From: Candidatus Velthaea sp.
GTDB taxonomy: Bacteria > Vulcanimicrobiota > Vulcanimicrobiia > Vulcanimicrobiales > Vulcanimicrobiaceae
Assembly: GCA_050012475.1 (NCBI GenBank)
Contig: JBEKHC010000143.1
Location: 1 to 15,646, forward strand
Length of the DNA: 15,646 nt
Direction of reading: 5' to 3'
Part shown: positions 15,372-15,646 of the stretch, one piece after another
Numbering within the stretch: position 1 is the first letter of the stretch
Layout: every line of letters begins with the position of its first letter
The notes under the pieces: generated by a model
Seen by the model: the letters and a program-made list of their open reading frames with translations, nothing else
The model's database searches: none
Told to the model about the DNA's origin: nothing
Translations under genes and position numbers: made by a program

Positions 15372-15646
15372 ATGCTCGTCGTCTACGACGATCACATGAC
15401 CGCGCATCTCGCGACGACGGGGCATCCCGAGCAGCCGGACCGCGTTCGCGTTGTTGCCGGCGAACTCGAGCGACGCGGTATGCTCGGCGCGCGGATGGAC
15501 ACCGTCGCCGCGCCGCCCGAGGAGATTGCGCGCGTCCATCCGCGGCGGTATATCGATCTCGTTCGACGCGAGTGTGCGCGCCTTGAAACCAGCGAGATCG
15601 GCGAACTGTCCACCGGCGACACGACGATCGACGCGGGAAGTTACGA
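15372..15646 (+). CDS. Histone deacetylase family protein (partial, runs off window)
   Basis: MLVVYDDHMTAH...GHPEQPDRV...EEIARVHPRRYI...GDT: HPExPxR and VHxxxY motifs of the HDAC/AcuC superfamily. Confidence 0.88.
   Translation, partial: MLVVYDDHMTAHLATTGHPEQPDRVRVVAGELERRGMLGARMDTVAAPPEEIARVHPRRYIDLVRRECARLETSEIGELSTGDTTIDAGSY

Noticed and set aside
1..15646. CRISPR array, transposase or integrase
   Set aside because: No regularly spaced direct repeats and no DDE, HUH, tyrosine or serine recombinase motifs seen in any ORF.

Overview
GC-rich bacterial chromosomal window, mostly housekeeping genes on the + strand. The P/A/S/T-rich secreted proteins and gene style suggest Vulcanimicrobiota (Eremiobacterota), but this is a tentative inference. 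Order: 3' end of a probable dnaJ, carotenoid cleavage dioxygenase, secreted hypothetical protein (-), rsmE, then a tightly packed run of small hypothetical - GT2 polyprenol-P-mannose synthase - accD - accA - ftsB/divIC - YabR-like S1 protein - RpiR regulator - Ppx/GppA. Directly after ppx is the most unusual element: the 3' part of a group I intron (P4' to omega-G, all helices pairing) joined to the 3' exon of a tRNA-Leu, inferred anticodon UAA. I could not find the 5' tRNA exon or the 5' intron part in the window, so this is a candidate split, trans-spliced tRNA; decay, rearrangement or misassembly are the alternatives. A small accessory patch follows (hypothetical gene, AT-rich dif-like inverted repeat, leaderless RHH-MazF toxin-antitoxin pair), then a PilZ protein (-), a structured attenuator-like leader before CTG-initiated etfB-etfA, a secreted TPR protein and the start of a histone deacetylase-family gene.
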